Positions 60,630 to 64,000 of a stretch of DNA of 64,000 bases are shown here, piece after piece. The position numbers and the translations under genes are program-made. The first letter of the stretch is position 1. Each line of letters starts with the position of its first letter. The notes below the pieces were generated by a model. It saw nothing but the letters and a program-made list of their open reading frames with translations. It was not told where the DNA came from and did not search any database. Source of the stretch: Sarea resinae (taxonomy: Eukaryota). Where the stretch lies: positions 1 through 64,000 of the forward strand of contig JAPEUD010000073.1 of assembly GCA_026026165.1 (NCBI GenBank). The letters run 5' to 3'.

Positions 60630-63600
60630 CTAGGCACGACGCCCCTTGAACATGCCGGGCCGGTAAGCTCCAGTCGTGGGGGCACTATCAGTTGAGGATG
60701 GCTCTTGAATTGAACCCGCATCTTCTCGCAAAACGCGAGGAGCGTATTTCGGTGTAGTGGTGCCATTGGCAGGAGATTCATCTCGGGGAGTGGCGGCTCG
60801 TTGGGTACTTGGACGCCATCTTGCTGTAGACTCTCTTGGTGATTCGTCGCGGATGGTTGAGGAGGGACGTTCACGAGCAGCAGGCGGGACATAACCAGTT
60901 CGTTTGGGTACTTCCGCTTCCGCTGTGCTCACGTCGGCAGGGGGAGCAGCCGGAGAAACGCCGCCAGCAGCAGCTGCTGCCGCCTTTGCAGCTTCTCGTT
61001 CTCTCCAAGTCGGCTTGCTGCCAGCGAGAGTAAGACGAGGAGGGCCACGCTCGGAGGACTCCGCTTGCTCTGGCGCAGGTCGTTCCGGAATTCGAGAGAT
61101 CCTCTCGGACGTTCCAGCTTTCCGGGCGGCAAGTTTTTCTTCAGCCTCTTGCTCGCGCTGTCGTTGCTTGGCAGCAATCTCGTCCAGTTTCCTACGGCAC
61201 CTGTTAGTAAAAGACTCAAAAAAAAAGATTGTGGTAGTTCGTACTTTCGTTCCTCGTCCTTTTTGGCCTTCTCTTCGGCAAATCTGCGTCTCTGTTCCTC
61301 TTCTTTCGCAGTCCTCTCCTCGGCCTCTCTTGCCAACCGCTCCTCTTCCTCCCTAGCAGCTCTCTCTTGCTCCTCGCGCTCCCGTTTCTCACGTGCCTTT
61401 CTTTCGCGGAACTCTTTTCGTCGCTGGTCCATCTGCGCCTGCAGTTCTTTCTCAGCACTCTTACGTCTCTTCTCGAACTCCTCGTGTCTCCGCTCATGCA
61501 CCTCATCACGGAAAGTCTCATAAACAGGTACGAGGCGACTGAGACGATGTTTTAGAGCGAGGTCTTCTCTGTGCTTCTGTTCAGCCTCCTTTAGCGTTTC
61601 AGCTTTTGTTTTCTCATAAGCAGCGACGTCACGCTCTCTCTGAGCTTCGTAATCCTGAGGCAGCAATTTCACTTCCTCTTTGCGGAAAGCACGCTCAAGA
61701 TGGTCAATACGCTTGCCAGTGACGCGCAGACGCTCGCTGAGCTCGTTCTTCTCCTTCTCCAACTGAGCGAGTTTCATGGCCCTCAAACGGTTGCTGTCAA
61801 GTTCATCAAGATCCATTTCGCTGACATCAATACCCTTACCACCAGTCTTTAGGTCCTCGAGTTGCTTCTTGAGTTCTTCATGACGAATGCGGTCCTGCTC
61901 GGCCTTTATGCGTTTACGCTCCCGCTCCTTTTGCTCCTCGGCGAGTCTCTGGTTTTCTGCATCTTGAAGCTGTTGAGCACGAATCCGCTTCCTCGTAGCC
62001 TCTTCCTTTTCCTTGAGAGCAATAGCGTTGGAAGCTGCTGCCTTCTTCTTATCAATGATGTCACGTCTGGCCAGAGCTTCTTGATGCTCCTTCTCGGCAC
62101 CTGCTTGAGTCCGGGCGAGAGCTGCGGCCTTGGCCTGCTGTTGCACCTGATTGAAAGTTGGATCCACATATTGGCAGGTGAGATAAAGAGATTTCGCCAA
62201 ACGAGTCAGTTGAGAGCGAACTATTTCAGCTGGTGTGCTCTGAAGTCGCTGCACTTTACTCGTCTCGCTCTCGGCGGAGCCAGCCCCAGAACCAGGATGA
62301 AGTGCTTTGGCTGAGGAGAAGACATCAGAGTCAAACGTCAAGACGCCTGAAGCATGGTCGACCCGAATAGCCAGATCGCCCTTCTTGCAGCCGTTCATGA
62401 TGAATTTTTCAATGCCACCGGAAGTAACTTGGAATGATTCCGGGAATTGAGCAAGGTCATAGACATACTTCAGTTCAACGGACTCGTAAACCTGGGATAA
62501 CTGCTGGAAAAGACGTGTAAGGATTACTTGCTGCAAAGGTTCCACATATTTCTTCATTTCCTCGTCTTCCCCAATCTGAGTGAGGATAGGAGAAATCTTC
62601 TTGCAGATTGACAGAGGATGGAAGTCGACTTCAAGAATGTTGTAGAGGTCACGAATTTCTGGCTTCGCACGCATGAGGAGACCCTTGCTCATAGCATCCT
62701 TAAACAGAGCGGCTCGACTAGGAGCTTGAGACATGCCCAAAAGATTAGTAAGCCTAGTGTTCTTGTTTTTCTTGGCTTCATCGACGTCAACGAGGGCGCC
62801 GCGAGAGCGTGAGGTGCTGATGACCGGGATAGACAAAGCGGACAAAAGCACGAACGAAGCGGCCTTGGTGAGGTCTCCCTCGGATACAGCAGGGTTGTCC
62901 TTCTTGGAGCCCTGGCCGGAGGCAACTAAGTTGGCTGATTGACGGAGAAGACTGTAGTATCTGCTCCAGGCAGCGGCGTGGAAAAGATAATTTTCGCTTC
63001 TTAGGAAGATACGTGTGAGTTTTTCGTAATAATTTGCCATCATTGTGTTCTTGGCGGGGCGCTTGCTCAGATTAAGAAGGGTGTGAATGTCTTCTACGCT
63101 GCGGAAGGCTTCTTGCCATAGTTCGAGGTCGACAGCAACATTCAGCTGTTGGAATCGAGTGTCAAGATGGCGCTGAAGAGTGTCGGGGTCATTGAGGTTG
63201 ATTGCATGCATCTGCGATGAGTATTTGGCCGCATTTTGAAGGTGGTTCCTCAAGAGCTCACACAACCTTCGAAATTCAGTCTTTCGAGCGTACTTGAGGC
63301 AGAATTGGAAGGCCTGGAGAGCCGTCGTCTGATACATGACTTCTAGCCGGGCGTTGTTCCTCAAAATGTCGAGAACCGTTCGGTACGTCTCCCAGAGAAA
63401 CTTGAGCCATGGCGTCACGATCGCTCGATCAGTGCGGTCGCGAGACTGCTCCCCAGACACAGTCGAAAGGAGAATCGATTCTGGAGTCTCCGAAGCTTCG
63501 AGGTCGTCGACGTTGGCAGCTGATGCAGCGGATTCCAAGGATGACTGGACTTCATCGGCTTTGGCTTGAGCTTCGGTGACCTTTTGTTCTGCAAGTTCGA

Positions 63601-63940
63601 TGAATTTTTTGAGCACCATCTAAGAAGGGGGCAGAATTAGCATTCGAATCTTGTTGGGCTTTTTTGAATCTATGTGGCAAGAGAGAAGCTAGTGCAGCTG
63701 GGACGAAGACCATACCTCAATCGTGCCAACGTTGGTATTTTGCGCAATGTTTTTGTACTGGTATAGTCCATCCTTGGCCGACTTCCCTTTGCGGAGGTCT
63801 ACGCAGAGTTCGACGAACAGGATCATCACCGGCTCGAGGGCCGTGATGGGGCTGTTCCGGGTGCGTTTGGACGTTACATGTTCGTGAAGTAGGGACAAGG
63901 CAGCTTGAGCTTGCCCGACCCCGATGAGCTCTTGCGCGCG
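60630..63940 (-). CDS. TIF32: Translation initiation factor eIF3 subunit a (first exon outside the window)
   Basis: Exons 63940-63716, 63619-61245, 61191-60630. [39 protein letters not shown] domain, charged helical C-terminus. Confidence 0.96.
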
Positions 63941-64000
63941 CTATTTCGAGGCATACAAATCAGTTCCAGATTCACGAGATAGCAGATCGAAACTCCAACG

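Noticed and set aside
1..64000. Transposons, CRISPR arrays, tRNA/rRNA genes, secondary-metabolite cluster
   Set aside because: I recognised no transposase or RT motifs, LTR/TIR pairs, repeat-spacer arrays, tRNA cloverleafs or PKS/NRPS genes.

Overview
Gene-dense eukaryotic DNA from a filamentous ascomycete (Pezizomycotina-type genes with short GT-AG introns and CTRAY branch points; the species cannot be determined from the sequence). It holds about 22 protein-coding genes, mostly housekeeping: Paf1 (3' part), a putative cyclase, RCC1, a C2H2 transcription factor, SMC1, GPC1, PRI2, PHO13-like phosphatase, aspartyl aminopeptidase, CDH1, VPS5, mitochondrial bL31m, a flavin reductase-like protein, acrB, a mitochondrial thioesterase, LYRM5/ETFRF1, a SAM methyltransferase, CCR4, MED11, TAF5, NAT3, a conserved-looking hypothetical protein and eIF3a (5' truncated). 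Some intergenic tracts are rich in microsatellites. I recognised no transposon, tRNA, rRNA or CRISPR array. Most notable: (1) the thioesterase reading frame can be restored under GT-AG rules only with a single-nucleotide exon (42411) next to a 9-nt microexon, and the flanking acceptors look like tandem duplicates; (2) the ~1 kb first intron of TAF5 contains a multi-stem element that may be an unannotated structured RNA; (3) a GC-AG intron is needed to build the cyclase motif; (4) abrupt within-gene shifts to GC-ending codons. All exon models and family assignments were made by eye, without searches.
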